Shown: one piece after another, positions 23,897 to 35,710 of the stretch
How the letters are laid out: every line of letters begins with the position of its first letter
Position numbering within the stretch: the first letter of the stretch is position 1
Source of the DNA: Octopus sinensis
Lineage: Eukaryota
Length of the DNA stretch: 38,706 nucleotides
Reading direction: 5' to 3'
NCBI RefSeq assembly: GCF_006345805.1
Contig: NW_021836766.1
Location: 1-38,706 of the forward strand
Translations under genes and position numbers: made by a program
Notes under the pieces: generated by a model
Seen by the model: the letters and a program-made list of their open reading frames with translations, nothing else
Databases searched by the model: none
What the model was told of the DNA's origin: nothing

Positions 23897-24173
23897 GTAC
23901 GGATATTTGATTGTTCGTTCCTGTCCGGACTATAAAAGATCTTTTTATATTTTCTGTTGGTCGTAATTATTCGTACCAATATGTAATTCCTGACGGACGA
24001 AGAACCTAGTTTTTATTTCAAGAAGAGTCTTTCGTTTTTGTTTTTGGAATTAATTAAACCCCGAAGGAAGTTTTTGATATATATATAATGGTTTTTTTAC
24101 CAACTTTTCCTTTCTTTATACTTTATATATGGATTATAATATACATATTCATAAACCTACATACATGCATATA

Positions 24174-24209
<36 letters not shown>

Positions 24210-24478
24210 TGTGTGAGTGCACGCGCGCGTGTCTGTGTGTTTGTGTGCGTGGAAGTATACAAACATCGATCCCCAGCCCCTCCCACTACTGTAGATTTTT
24301 GTATTTAGGTTAAGTGTGAATACTGAGGGTGAATGTAGTGGTATGGTTTTGATGTCCGTATCCACAATATACCTTCAGGTTCTCACGATAATATGCGCTA
24401 ATACATAGATACAATCACACACACACATCCACCACCACATATATACATACATAAATGCATTACATATACATACATACA

Positions 24479-24515
<37 letters not shown>

Positions 24516-24646
24516 ATATATATATATATATACGTATATAAAATCACGTGTAAGGTATATTTACCTATTGTGCAGATATCCTGTTTATAATTCACAATTA
24601 TAAATATGTCTGTGTAAACATTACTTATATATATATATATACACAC

Positions 24647-24677
<31 letters not shown>

Positions 24678-24731
24678 CGCACAACCCCACACATATATAT
24701 ATATACATATATATATACACACCACACATAT

Positions 24732-24764
<33 letters not shown>

Positions 24765-25454
24765 TATATAATATATATATTTTGTATGCATGTATACACA
24801 CACATTCATTCGTGCATACACACACGCACACAGACACACACACACACACACACACACACAGATGTGCGTGCGTGGCGTTGACAAACCCCCGCCGACGACT
24901 GCCCCCCCCCCTGATAGTAAGAGCTCCGACTCCTCCACACAATTTACGCTAGTTATTCAAGTTATTACACCATAAGACACTACCAACAGTCTATCGGTCG
25001 GTGTGTGTACCAACACGTTGCTATGGTTTCAGTTTTGGGCATGAGTGAGTGGTGGGGGTGGGGATAGGGATGGGGAGGAAGGGATGGATCCGCTCCAATG
25101 GTGTAGCACGCAATTATTCAAATGTTAACGTGTTAGCATAGTGGTGTGTGGGTGGGAGTGGGGGTGGGGGCGATGTGGTGTAGCTGTTGTTATTTAGCTC
25201 CAGATCAACCCTGAATCGCGTATGTTTTTCCAATCGAAAGCCTTCCAATCGTGACCACCTTGTCTTTTCCAGATGTGCAGGGAACCAGAACTACATCTAA
25301 CATACCCTTTTCTAAGACAGTAGCGTGATTTTGAAGGAAATTTGGCTGCTATTTCTAACTCGTTGTGTGACCACGTACGGGGTCTTTTGTTGCCCTCTGG
25401 TGAGTTGTATTGCTACAAAGCATTGCTGTGGTTTAGTGTGATAGTTACTAATAT

Positions 25455-25759
25455 CACGTGATCACGTGACCGACCAGTCTATCAGATGTTGTTACACATC
25501 GCTGGTCACAATGCGTTCGCATTGTTTTAGCCTTCGAATGACGCCACCCCGCTGGCTAAGCGGGCAGGCCAACAGAAGAAAGAGTGAGAGAAAGAGTGGT
25601 GAAAGAGTACAGCAGGGATCACCACCCCCTGCCGAAGCCTCGTGGAGCTCTTAGGTGTTTTCGCTCAATAAACACTCACAACGCCCGGTCTGGGAATCGA
25701 AACCGCGATCCTGCGACCGCGAGTCCGCTGCCCTAACCACTAGGCCATTGCGCCTCCAC
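25455..25759 (-). mobile_element. tRNA(Arg)-like SINE family B, full length, with a 12-bp TSD
   Basis: AGTTACTAATAT at 25443-25454 and 25760-25771. The head has A and B boxes; the tail is TCACGTGATCACGTG. Confidence 0.92.
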
Positions 25760-25859
25760 AGTTACTAATATATAGTTCCCTATCGGTGTGTCACAATGGT
25801 GTGGTTGTGTGAGGTATGTAGTGGAGTGAGACTTTGGCGTTGTAATTATGTAGGGCAGC

Positions 25860-26135
25860 GGCCCCTAACTTCTTGTGCATCACGGATCGTTTTCATGTAA
25901 GACAATTTTTCCACGCACCGAGAATAAAGTGCATATATTGTAAGACAATTTCCTGGCAACGTTTTTGTTCTCCTTCCATGACATCTGAGCATCGAGTGAA
26001 CCCTGCTTCCGACGAATCCGCTCACACCTATCTCTATAGGAAAGCTTATTGCCTCCCAGCCATTATTACTGACATTAAATTCAGTGATCTGGGCAAACAT
26101 GAAAACGCAAAGTGTATTAAGGGCGATATCTGAAC
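25860..26135 (-). mobile_element. HERO-like RLE-type LINE, C-terminal fragment
   Basis: FAQIT..VSNNGWEAISFPIEIGVSGFVGSRVHSML resembles the GW..xPxEVGxRGFxG motif of HERO-type elements. Confidence 0.6.
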
Positions 26136-26440
26136 CCAGTTATTTAGGGCAACATATTAAATTTGATAAAATATCTAACCTAGTTCTCCTCTCCGCCTAA
26201 CTCTCCACCTCGTATCTTAGAGATTCCACAGAGAGGAATTAATTCTGGTGTGGACAATCGTAAAGCAGTCCCATTAAAGCTTTCAGTTGCCCATGGTAGG
26301 GTTTGAACTCAACACGGCAGGGTAAGGAAACACACAACAGTCATAATACTGGTGTTGCTTTTTACTAGCTTATGTGCTTGAGATCCTGAGATGTACCTAA
26401 AAAGAATCAGCGAATTCGGATTCCGGTTTTTTCTGTTTTT

Positions 26441-26704
26441 ACTTGGCCCTCCGTCGGTTAAGGCGATGGGTGTTCCAGTTGATCCGATCAACGGTGCAGC
26501 CTGCTCGTGAAATTAACGTGCATGTGGCTGAGTACTTCGAAACAACGTGTGCCCTTAACGTAGTTCTCAGGGAGATGCAGCGTGACACAGTGTGACAAGG
26601 CTGGCCATTTGAAATACAAGTACTACGCATTTTTGCCACCTGAAGGACACAATACATCGCCGGGAATTGAACTCATGACCTTGCGATCGTGAGCCGAATA
26701 CCCT
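26441..26704 (-). mobile_element. tRNA-derived SINE (another family)
   Basis: Minus-strand head GGGTATTCGGCTCACGATCGCAAGGTCATGAGTTCAATTCCCGGCG. Confidence 0.7.
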
Positions 26705-26734
26705 TTAAATCATAATTAACTAATCCTCCTGTAT

Positions 26735-26778
26735 TTTTTTTTACCCAAAGCCAGGAACTTTTCAGTACCCTCCTCGTA
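26735..26778. mobile_element. Solo mariner-like TIR fragment
   Basis: AAAGCCAGGAACTTTTCAGTACCCTCCTCG|TA is the reverse complement of TA|CGAGGAGGGTACTGAAAAGTTCC, a typical mariner terminus. No partner TIR was found. Confidence 0.5.
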
Positions 26779-27010
26779 TGTATGTATGTATGTATGTATG
26801 TATGTAGTATGTATGTATGTATGTATGTATGTATGTTTGTATGTATGTGTGTCTGTATGTCTGTATGTATGTATGTATGTATGTATGTATGTATGTATGT
26901 ATGTATGTATGTATGTATGCATGTATGTATGCATGTATGTGTGTGTATGTGTAGTATGTATGTATGTATGTATGTATGTATGTATGTATGTATGCATGTA
27001 CGTACGTATG
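26776..27010. repeat. (TATG)n microsatellite
   Basis: Direct reading. Confidence 0.95.
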
Positions 27011-27057
27011 TGTGTATGTCAGTACTCATTTTTTTCAAGATTTCTTGCCCATAGAGA

Positions 27058-27128
27058 AAGAGCCGGTTTCTAACCGAGATCCAAGATTCCTTCATTGGAA
27101 TTTAAACAACATCAACAAGGTATTTTTT
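27058..27128 (+). repeat. Short dispersed repeat followed by (TATG)n; second copy at 30455-30523
   Basis: CCGGTTTCTAA(C/T)C(G/T)AGATCCAAG..TCCTTCATTGGAATTT...GGTATTTTT(GTAT)n at both sites. Probably a retroposon 3' end. Confidence 0.7.
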
Positions 27129-27284
27129 GTATGTATGCATGCATGCATGCATGCATACATGCATGTATGTATGTATGTATGTATGTATGTATGTATGTAT
27201 GTATGTATGTATGATTGAACGTATACATGAGTGTGTGTTTGATATATATTTGTGTATGTATATGTGTGTGTGTGTGTGTGTGCG

Positions 27285-27460
27285 TGCGTTTGTCTCACAT
27301 CGCTCGATAATTAGTGCTGTTTTTTTTACGCTCCCGCAACGTAGCGGTTCGGCAATAAGAAATCGATAGAATAAGGACCAGACTTAAAAATAAGTAGTGG
27401 GTCCAATTTAGTCGATTTTAACCCCTTGGAAGTGGTGTCACAACATCGCACCACCGTCCA
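27285..27460 (+). mobile_element. SINE family A 3' portion, degenerate
   Basis: CGTAGCGGTTCGGCAATAAGAAATCGATAGAATAAG. Confidence 0.6.
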
Positions 27461-28206
27461 TTTGCTTTAGAGAACTAAAAGAGTAAATGAATCCTTATCA
27501 ATATAATTGGGACATTTGTCAAGGTATGTTCAGGACGATGCTCTAGATTTGCATGAAGAGATAAAGAAGTCACGGCTTCTAAGCTCTTTGATCAAAGCTC
27601 TGCTCGGTTAGATATGATCTGATGTTAACAACGTATGTACTTTTTTGTACTGAATGGCAGCTAAACTAGATGAGCTAAGAGATAAGAAACGTAAAAAAAT
27701 TCCTCACTGCACTTTTCAATTTTCTGCAATTCAGGCATCGTTAACCAACCGGAGGAGACGTTCTCTTGGGGTTATAAAATCGCAGTAACCTCCGTTCTTA
27801 TGGAACAGCCACGTTGAAGCGGCGACAAACATTACTTGCCAGTACAGTTACTGCTTTTATCTCTTACACAGATTTTATAGCTCGCATTTATTCATGTTTT
27901 TTTTTATATAGTACACCCCACTCACTCTCACTCTGTCTATCTGTCTGTTTGCCTGTCTGCCTGCTTGTCTATCTGTCTGTTTGCCTGTCTGCCTGCCTGT
28001 CTCTGTCTCTGTTTCTCTTTCTCGTATGGACCTTGTTTATTCGCAGCACTGAATAACTACAAAACACGCATCAATTATAGAATGTTTCTGCTACATTACT
28101 CATTCGTCATGGTGGCGGTGGTGGTGTGAGCATGTATGCACGTATATATGCGTCTGTATGTATATACATATGTGTGTGTATATGTATTTATATATATGTA
28201 TATATA

Positions 28207-28327
28207 TTGACCTGCTCACTTAGCCAGCGGGGTGGCATCATTCGAAGGCTAAAAGAATGCAAACGCATTGTGACCAGCGATGTGTAGCAACATCTGATGG
28301 TCTGGTCGGTCACGTGATCACGTGATG
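28207..28327 (+). mobile_element. SINE family B 3' portion
   Basis: GCTCACTTAGCCAGCGGGGTGGC...GGTCGGTCACGTGATCACGTGAT. Confidence 0.85.
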
Positions 28328-28692
28328 TATGTATATATATGTGTGTGTGTGTGTTTATGTATATAAAAATATATTTACATATATGCATAAATATACCCAC
28401 TGGGAGGCCCTCGAAGTCGCTGGAAATGGAGATCTCCAGGACCAAATTCTTGAACGGCATCAGTGAGGGTAGATGACAAGGTGCTACCTTGTTTATCATC
28501 GGGTGATCTTCAGCAAGCATCGAATAGTGTTATAGAATATAATACTGCAGCAAAAAAAGAAGGAAAAAGAAATGTTTTTTACGTATTGTAGTATTTTCTA
28601 ATAAGACGCAGGTCGCAGGTGCCACAATACATTTAATCAAAAAAACCATAAAAGTTAATTACTAGCGTTCCAATGATATAACTCAAGTGTTA

Positions 28693-29097
28693 TACTCTTT
28701 TACTCTCTGTTACTTGTTTCAGTCATTTGACTGCGGCCATGCTGGAGCACCGCCTTTTAGTCGAGCAACTCGACCCCGGGACTTATTCTTTGTAAGCCCA
28801 GTACTTATTCTATCGGTCTCTTTTGCCGAACCGCTAAGTGACGGATACGTAAACACACCAGCATCGGTTGTCAAGCAATGCTAGGGGGACAAACACAGAC
28901 ATACAAACACACACATATATATACACATATATACGACGGGCTCCTTTCAGTTTCCGTCTACCAAATCCACTCACAAGGCTTTGGTCGGTCCAGGCTATAG
29001 TAGAAAACACTTGCCCAAGGTGCCACGCAGTGGGACTGAACCCGGAACCATGTGGTTGGTAAGCAAACTACTTACCACACAGCCACTCCTGCGCCTA
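28693..29097 (-). mobile_element. SINE family A, full length, little diverged
   Basis: tRNA-like head GGCGCAGGAGTGGCTGTGTGGTAAG...GGTTCCGGGTTCAGTCCC, a core GGCACCTTGGGCAAGTG, an internal (TA/TG) tract and a (GAGTAAAA) tail. Confidence 0.92.
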
Positions 29098-30522
29098 TCT
29101 TTAGAAGGTTCACATAACACACTTTTGCACTCTGAGAAAAGAAATACTTTTCTATTACAGCTTCTCTGAAGACTGAAAGAGATGGCACTATGAGCTTTAA
29201 GTTTCTATGCTCAATGATCGAACGTGCATATTCATATTCTGGAGAATCTACTACATGTTGCTTCTATACTTTCAGAAAAAAAATTATGTATTGACGTCTC
29301 CATCTAACTTGTTAACTTCTCGGGATGAGCTCATCCCTAGATGTTGTCACCAAAATAAGTTCATTCTACGGAAACTTATTTTACTCAGAGACTGCATATG
29401 CTATTATCATGTTAGCGCAGAATTTCGTTGACATTCTTCGAACGATTGTGTAAGTTGCTTGAAGTGCTTTTTTCTATTTAAAGTTCTTCTTAAGTTGCAT
29501 CTTTATTCCACTAATGAAGAAGAGATATTTTAAAAAAAACACAAGTTCTGACAATAATCATCCTGATGCAATAACCACCCAGACTGTAGAGGCACGCTTC
29601 ATTAATAAGCAGACTCACTCTGTATCATAAGGGAGAGTTGGCTGACACTGATGTACACATTTTGTATATCTGGACAGTAGAGGTGTGCGACCCCGAATTT
29701 TACCAATTTCCCATATTAAATCAAAACACAAATCACAACTGCACATCTGCCGAAGAGTTTTCGAACTCGACAACGCTCACAGTTAAGCATGTACACTTAA
29801 ACAAGCAACAGGACTCCCAGTTCAATGTTACTTGTTACCTTATTTTGTTTTTTGGTCTTTCTGTTATTGACAGACTTAAACTAAAGTAGGTTCCAAGACA
29901 GTTTCGTCCGCCTATTTGCATTTATTCCATGTCATACTTTGAGCGCTTAACTCCTTGTTGGAGTGTCAGAGGCATCGTCCATACCGTCTGTCCTGAGTGT
30001 TTTGGGCCTGGTGGAGTCTATCCAGCTACACACTCGATTTCTTCCAGAAGGAGAGAGAGAGAGACAAAAAGACAGAGTTAGAGAGAAAGAAGAATTGACC
30101 GCAGTGCGGGAGTAATACTTTATTTATCGACTCAGAAAAGAAGAAAGGCAAAATTGACAACGGCAATATTTGAGTCAGAGCGGTGAAAGCTGGAGTGATT
30201 ATCGCTGAGTAATCAATCTAATACAATAACGAGTCTGCCAAATGGCCGTTATTTGCATTTATGTACACATGTAAATACAAATATCTAGTTGGGAGTTATG
30301 AGTTAGTCACCAATGGTCCAAGCACGGACAGCTTGTACTGGCTTGCATGATTATCAGAAGCAGGTTTCTGACTGTCAGATCCTTTACCTGACCATCCATC
30401 CATCCAATCTCCCACTATATATCTGTATGCCATTATTCAGTTTATTTAAAAAAAAACCCGGTTTCTAATCTAGATCCAAGGCTCCTTCATTGGAATTTCA
30501 TCATAAAAAAACAGGGTATTTT

Positions 30523-30819
30523 TGTATGTATGTATGTATGTATGTATGTATGTATGTATGTATGTATGTATGTATGTATGTATGTATGTATGTATGTATG
30601 TATACATGTATGTATGTATGTATGTATGCATGTATACATGTATGTATACATGTATGTATGTATGCATGTATGTATACATGTATGTATACATGTATGTATG
30701 TATGTATGTATACATGTATGTATACATGTATGTATACATGTATGTATGTATGTATGTATGTATGTATGTATGTATGTATGTATGTATGTATGTATGTATG
30801 TATGTATGTATGTATGTAT
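30523..30819. repeat. (TATG)n array with an internal GTATACATGTAT higher-order variant
   Basis: Direct reading. Confidence 0.95.
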
Positions 30820-31309
30820 TTGAAGATGTGTATGCTTTATATATGTATTCTCTTGCATATTGCTGTATATCTAGACATGCTCATATATATTTAAATGATA
30901 AGCTTCTGGAAAATTTTACAGATGTTTACAGTTCCAGTGATGGATTGGATCTGTAGTCTTAGAATTAGCTTTCTCTTTTCTGGTTTTGATAAGCCTGATT
31001 TCTCGAGATTGGTATTTAGGCAATGTGTTACATATCCCAGGGCCCCAGTAATCACAGGTATAAACCTGAACTTGTAATCTGGATAGAGTAACTGCAGATT
31101 CCTCAGTAGTTCAGCATAGGAGTTCACTTTTTCACTAATCTTCAGCTTTATGTTAACATCTGCTGAGTTGCTAATTTACACAACTGTGCACAGTTTCTAT
31201 TCTCTATTCATCATATCAGGTCTGTTGTGCTTACATTTTATTGAGGTTTTCGCTGGTACATTCCACCAGTATTCCTTTTTATTATGAGTGGCTATGACTT
31301 CTACTATAC
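30820..31309 (-). mobile_element. R4/Dong-clade LINE 3' fragment, same subfamily as 5765-6420, with intact 3' UTR
   Basis: EYWWNVPAKTSIKCKHNRPD...YAELLRNLQLLYPDYKFRFIPVITGALGYVTHCL...LQIQSITGT. Confidence 0.85.
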
Positions 31310-31374
31310 TGTATGTATGTATGCATGTATGTATGTATGTATGTATGTATGTATGTATGTATGTATGTATGTAT

Positions 31375-31943
31375 TGGTGAGGGTAGATGACAGGTGTCTT
31401 CGGAACCTCCTTCACATCCGCTGGCAGGACAAAGTCCCAGACACGGAAGTTCTGAAGCAGGCAGATCTCCCTAGCACCATCACGATCATGCGCAAGGCCC
31501 AGCTGAGATGGGCAGGCCACGTCTCCCGCATGTCCGACACTCGCATCCCAAAACAGCTCTTCTACGGTGAACTCAGCCAGGGCAAACGCAAAGTCGGAGG
31601 GCAGAAGAAGCGCTTCAAGGACAGTCTCAAAGTCTCTCTCATAGTCTTCTCCATCGGCACAGAGACTTTGGAGACACTTGCTGCCGACCGCTTATCCTGA
31701 CGCAGCACAATCACCACAGGAGCAAAGACAGCCGAGGAGAGACGGATTCAGTCAGCAGAACAGAAACGCCAGATGCGGAAAGCCAGAGCCACCTGCACCA
31801 ATAGCACAGCCCCTACCCACTTCTGCCCCACTTGTGGGAGGGGCTTTCTTGCCCGGATTGGCCTCACCAGCCACCTCCGGTCTCATAGTAGCAATTCCAC
31901 CAAATGATGTCAATGGTCATCTTCGAACCCGAAGGACGAACAT
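31375..31943 (+). mobile_element. RTE-clade LINE, 5'-truncated, intact 3' end
   Basis: RCLRNLLHIRWQDKVPDTEVL...AQLRWAGHVSRM.D.RIPKQLFYGEL..GKR..GGQKKRFKD...CPTCGRGFLARIGLTSHLRSH. Confidence 0.92.
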
Positions 31944-31982
31944 TATGTATGTATGTATGTATGTATGTATGTATGTATGTTA

Positions 31983-32630
31983 CTGGATCAAGGTGTACCG
32001 GGCTGTTCTCACAACGCTGCTTTACGGCTGCGAGTCCTGTACGGTCTACCAGCATCATGCCAGGAAGCTGGACCACTTTCATACAATATGCCTCAGAAAA
32101 TTTCTCGGCATAAAGTGGCAGGACAGGATCCCGGACACCGAGGTACTAATACGTGCTAACCTGCCCATCATCCATGCCATCTTGATGCAGTCCCAGCTTC
32201 GCGGGGCAGGGCACGGAGCTCGCATATCAGACGATCGATTACCAAAAAGATTGCTCTTTGGCGAGCTGCAAAGGGGAAAGCGCTCACAAGGTGGCCAGAA
32301 GAAGTGCTTTAAGGACCCACTGAAAGCCTTCAACATCGACCATGGCACTTGGGAGCAGTCTGCTCTAGACATAGAAGGGTGGAGATCAGCTATCCCCAAG
32401 GGTGCCAAGACATGCGAGACCAATAGGATCGCTGCTGCAGAAGACCGCAGACAAGCCAGGAAGAACAGAGCTAACAACCCTGTAGCAGGCGCTACCATTC
32501 CCTGGCCACACTGTGAAAAGACTCTTTCGGGTGCAGATTGGCCTCGTTAGCCATCTGCGGACTCACAAAACAAGCTCACCCCCACCCTAGGATGAATTGA
32601 TGGTCTTCGTCACATCGACGGACAAACTAC
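31983..32630 (+). mobile_element. Second RTE-clade LINE (different subfamily), 5'-truncated
   Basis: KVYRAVLTTLLYGCES..VY..H.RKL..FH..CLRK.LGIKWQDRIPDTEVL...RLPKRLLFGEL..GKRSQGGQKK. Confidence 0.92.
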
Positions 32631-32677
32631 ATGTATGGGTGTATGTATATATGTTTACACATATACGTATACACATA

Positions 32678-32722
<45 letters not shown>

Positions 32723-32780
32723 TATATAATATATATATATATATACATACACGTATGTGTATATATACATACATATATAC

Positions 32781-32906
<126 letters not shown>

Positions 32907-33293
32907 TTATACAATACACACACACACACACACGTACATACATATATACGCGTGTATATTCATATATATATATATATATATGTGTGTGTGTATACACACA
33001 TATATACACGAATATAATATATGCATGTACGTAGATACATACAAGCATGCATACAACATGCGTCCATACTTACAGCAAATTCTCGTCATTTATTCGTTTG
33101 TTTTGACCTCGTCAAGGAAACTGTCGAAGCTTCAACCATGGTTGCCAATGAATTCAAAGCATTAGTCATTGCTTAAATATTGCATTTATTTTTATTACTA
33201 CTTAACGTCCCACGTTTTAGAAATATTAATACTAACTTAACAATTGGAATGTCATGAAAGTAAAACCTGCTCTAATCAAAGCAGACCCGCCTG

Positions 33294-33329
<36 letters not shown>

Positions 33330-33386
33330 CTCTCTGTCACTGTCTGTCTGTCTACCTTTCTGTCTTGCCTGTCTGTCTGTCTGTCC

Positions 33387-33446
<60 letters not shown>

Positions 33447-33450
<4 letters not shown>

Positions 33451-33905
33451 CATAAGGGACTAAAGCCATCTGAATATGGCTAGGGACAGGGCAGGGTGGT
33501 GGGGGTGTTACTGTTGCATTTAGCCCCAGGCGAACATCAACGTCGCCAGATAGGCTTGACACCATCACGGTGTCCTTTATCCTGCTAAGGGAGATAATTC
33601 CCCGATGAAGCGGAAACCAGACACGGACCTAGGTTTCAAGGTGTATTGCCTATCATCAACGTGTGGTAGGCCCCCGCTTCCTCGACGAACAACCCACTCT
33701 GCAGGATATTTATATATAGATTTTCAAGCAAAATACATTTGCTGATTTCGAAAATCTGTTCGACAGCAATAATAATTCTCTAAATGAGATATAGACAGTA
33801 ACTGCTCCATAACATAAGGGACTAAAGCCATCTGAATATGGCTAGGGACAGGGCAGGGTGGTGGGGGTGTTACTGTTGCATTTAGCCCCAGGCGAACATC
33901 AACGT
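33447..33905 (+). repeat. 97-bp perfect direct repeat (33447-33543 and 33809-33905) flanking 265 bp
   Basis: The two copies read identical by eye, from ATAACATAAGGGACT to GAACATCAACGT. Confidence 0.9.
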
Positions 33906-34005
33906 GGAAAGAAAAGCCTACGGAAAAGACCACGGTAACCTCGGTCAATGAAGTCACATGTTATATTTCTTTCTTTTTTTTGCAAATAAGCAACTCTCTG
34001 TATTA

Positions 34006-34007
<2 letters not shown>

Positions 34008-34095
<88 letters not shown>
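34008..34095. repeat. (GATA)n microsatellite
   Basis: Direct reading. Confidence 0.95.
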
Positions 34096-34450
34096 GAATA
34101 TATAAGTAAGAATGTATACTCTGCTCAGAATAAAGTTAGTTACATATATAACCTTCTATTGTGTGTTAGTTTATAATATAAACATTGGAACAAAGTTAAG
34201 ACAATATTGTATACATCTGACAAGTCTTTGGAACAATAACCAAATTTGTAATGCAAATATCTGTAATACTAACGTAGAAAGACGTCCATATCCTTAAAAC
34301 ACGAACATTGTATGCGTCAGCGTATATATAAGTACGTGGTGCATACGTCCATATATATGCATGTATCAATGCGCGTACTTGCGTGTACGTGTGCAAGTAC
34401 GAATGTATGTACGTACATTATATATATATATATATATATATTTATTATAT

Positions 34451-35000
34451 AGAACTAGTACTGTTTCATTCAAGAGAAATCTTCAGGAAGCTATAACAAG
34501 AATTGTATTAGCATTTATACATTTAGGCAGGTTTAAAGGAGTGGTGGTGGGGGACTTTTTGGGGGTAGGCATAGCGCCAAAATATCATACTTGGGGGAGT
34601 GGTCAGGAGTCAGTGGTAAGTTAGATGAAAGAATAGATAAATAAAATATTTTTTATTTTTTATTTTTTATTTTTTATTTTTTTTTTTTATTTTTTATTTT
34701 ATTTTTTTATTTATCTATTCTTCATCTAACTTACCACTGACTCCTTGACCACTCCCCCAAGTATGAATATTTTGGCGCTATGCCTACCCCAAAAAAAGTC
34801 CCCCACCACCACTCCTAAACCGCCTAAATGTATATAAATGCTAATACAATTCTTGTTAAATAGCTTCCTGAAGATTTCTCTTGAATGAAAACAGTACTAG
34901 TCCTGTAGAAGCTCCTTCTATATAATAAATAATTTTACTCTGCTATGTATTGAGTACCTTACTTACTGTGGGTTAACCCCGGATCAACCCGGGACCTACA
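34451..35000 (+). mobile_element. Penelope-like terminal repeat (hammerhead family A) with a ~200-bp inverted 5' duplication
   Basis: 34451-~34648 is the reverse complement of ~34705-34905, around a (TTTTTTA)n spacer. 34862-35000 matches 17014-17150. Confidence 0.8.
34862..34913 (+). ncRNA. Type I hammerhead ribozyme, family A (one extra A after GAA)
   Basis: AGCTTC-CTGAAGA-T-TTC(TCTT)GAA-T-GAAA-ACAG(TACTAGTC)CTGT-A-GAAGCT. Loop changes relative to the 17 kb copy leave all stems intact. Confidence 0.55.
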
Positions 35001-35021
35001 TATATTATATATATATATATG

Positions 35022-35148
35022 TTGGCCTGCTCGCTTAGCCACCGGGGTGGCGTCATTTGAAGGCTAAAAACAATGCGAAACGCATTGTGACCAGCGATGT
35101 GTAGCAACATCTGTGATAGCCTGGTCGTGGTCACGGTGATCACGGTGA
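35022..35148 (+). mobile_element. SINE family B 3' portion
   Basis: TTGGCCTGCTCGCTTAGCCA...CATTGTGACCAGCGATGTGTAGCAACATCTG. Confidence 0.8.
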
Positions 35149-35184
<36 letters not shown>

Positions 35185-35229
35185 TGTATACATACTATAC
35201 ATACATACATACATACATACATACATACA

Positions 35230-35265
<36 letters not shown>

Positions 35266-35580
35266 TATGCACATTTGAGCACGTTCTGTACATATATATA
35301 CGTGTGTATGTATAGATATACAAATGCATATATGTGTGTGTGTGTGTGTGTAAAAACGAAAAACAATTGCATGCAATACCTGTTGCGAAGTTTATATATA
35401 AATATTTGTATTAAAAGTTTGGCCCAGAATTGTAATGACTAAAGTTACTCTTAATTCTTCGGTCGCTTAATACTGATTGGTGAAGTGGTGACCGCTTATG
35501 ATTGTCACTGGATGATGACAGGGGAACGTTCTCATTGCCTTGTTCAGATCACGATTTATCATTATCATTAATAGATTAGT

Positions 35581-35710
35581 GAGGCAGCGAGTTGGTAGAA
35601 TCGTAAGCACGGTGGGCAAAATGCTTTCGCCAGTCTTTACATTCTGAGTTTAATTTCTGCCGAGTTCGATTTGCTTTTTTGCGTCGGCAAAATAAGTATC
35701 TGTTGAACTA
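35581..35710 (+). mobile_element. Degenerate tRNA-SINE
   Basis: GAGGCAGCGAGTTGGTAGAATCGTAAGCAC...TTCTGAGTTTAATTTCTGCCGAG...AAAATAAGTA. Confidence 0.6.

Noticed and set aside
25050-25172. G-rich runs with G-quadruplex potential
   Set aside because: Low-complexity tracts next to a repeat, with no evidence of function.
27520-27860. AG acceptor-like sites at ~27535 and ~27735 as candidate exons
   Set aside because: The phase-0 frames hit stop codons within 17-26 codons and show no DACT similarity.
33596-33700. CCGATGA followed by a GAAGCGG/CCGCTTC stem
   Set aside because: No GAAA, stem III or stem I could be built, so it is not called as a ribozyme.
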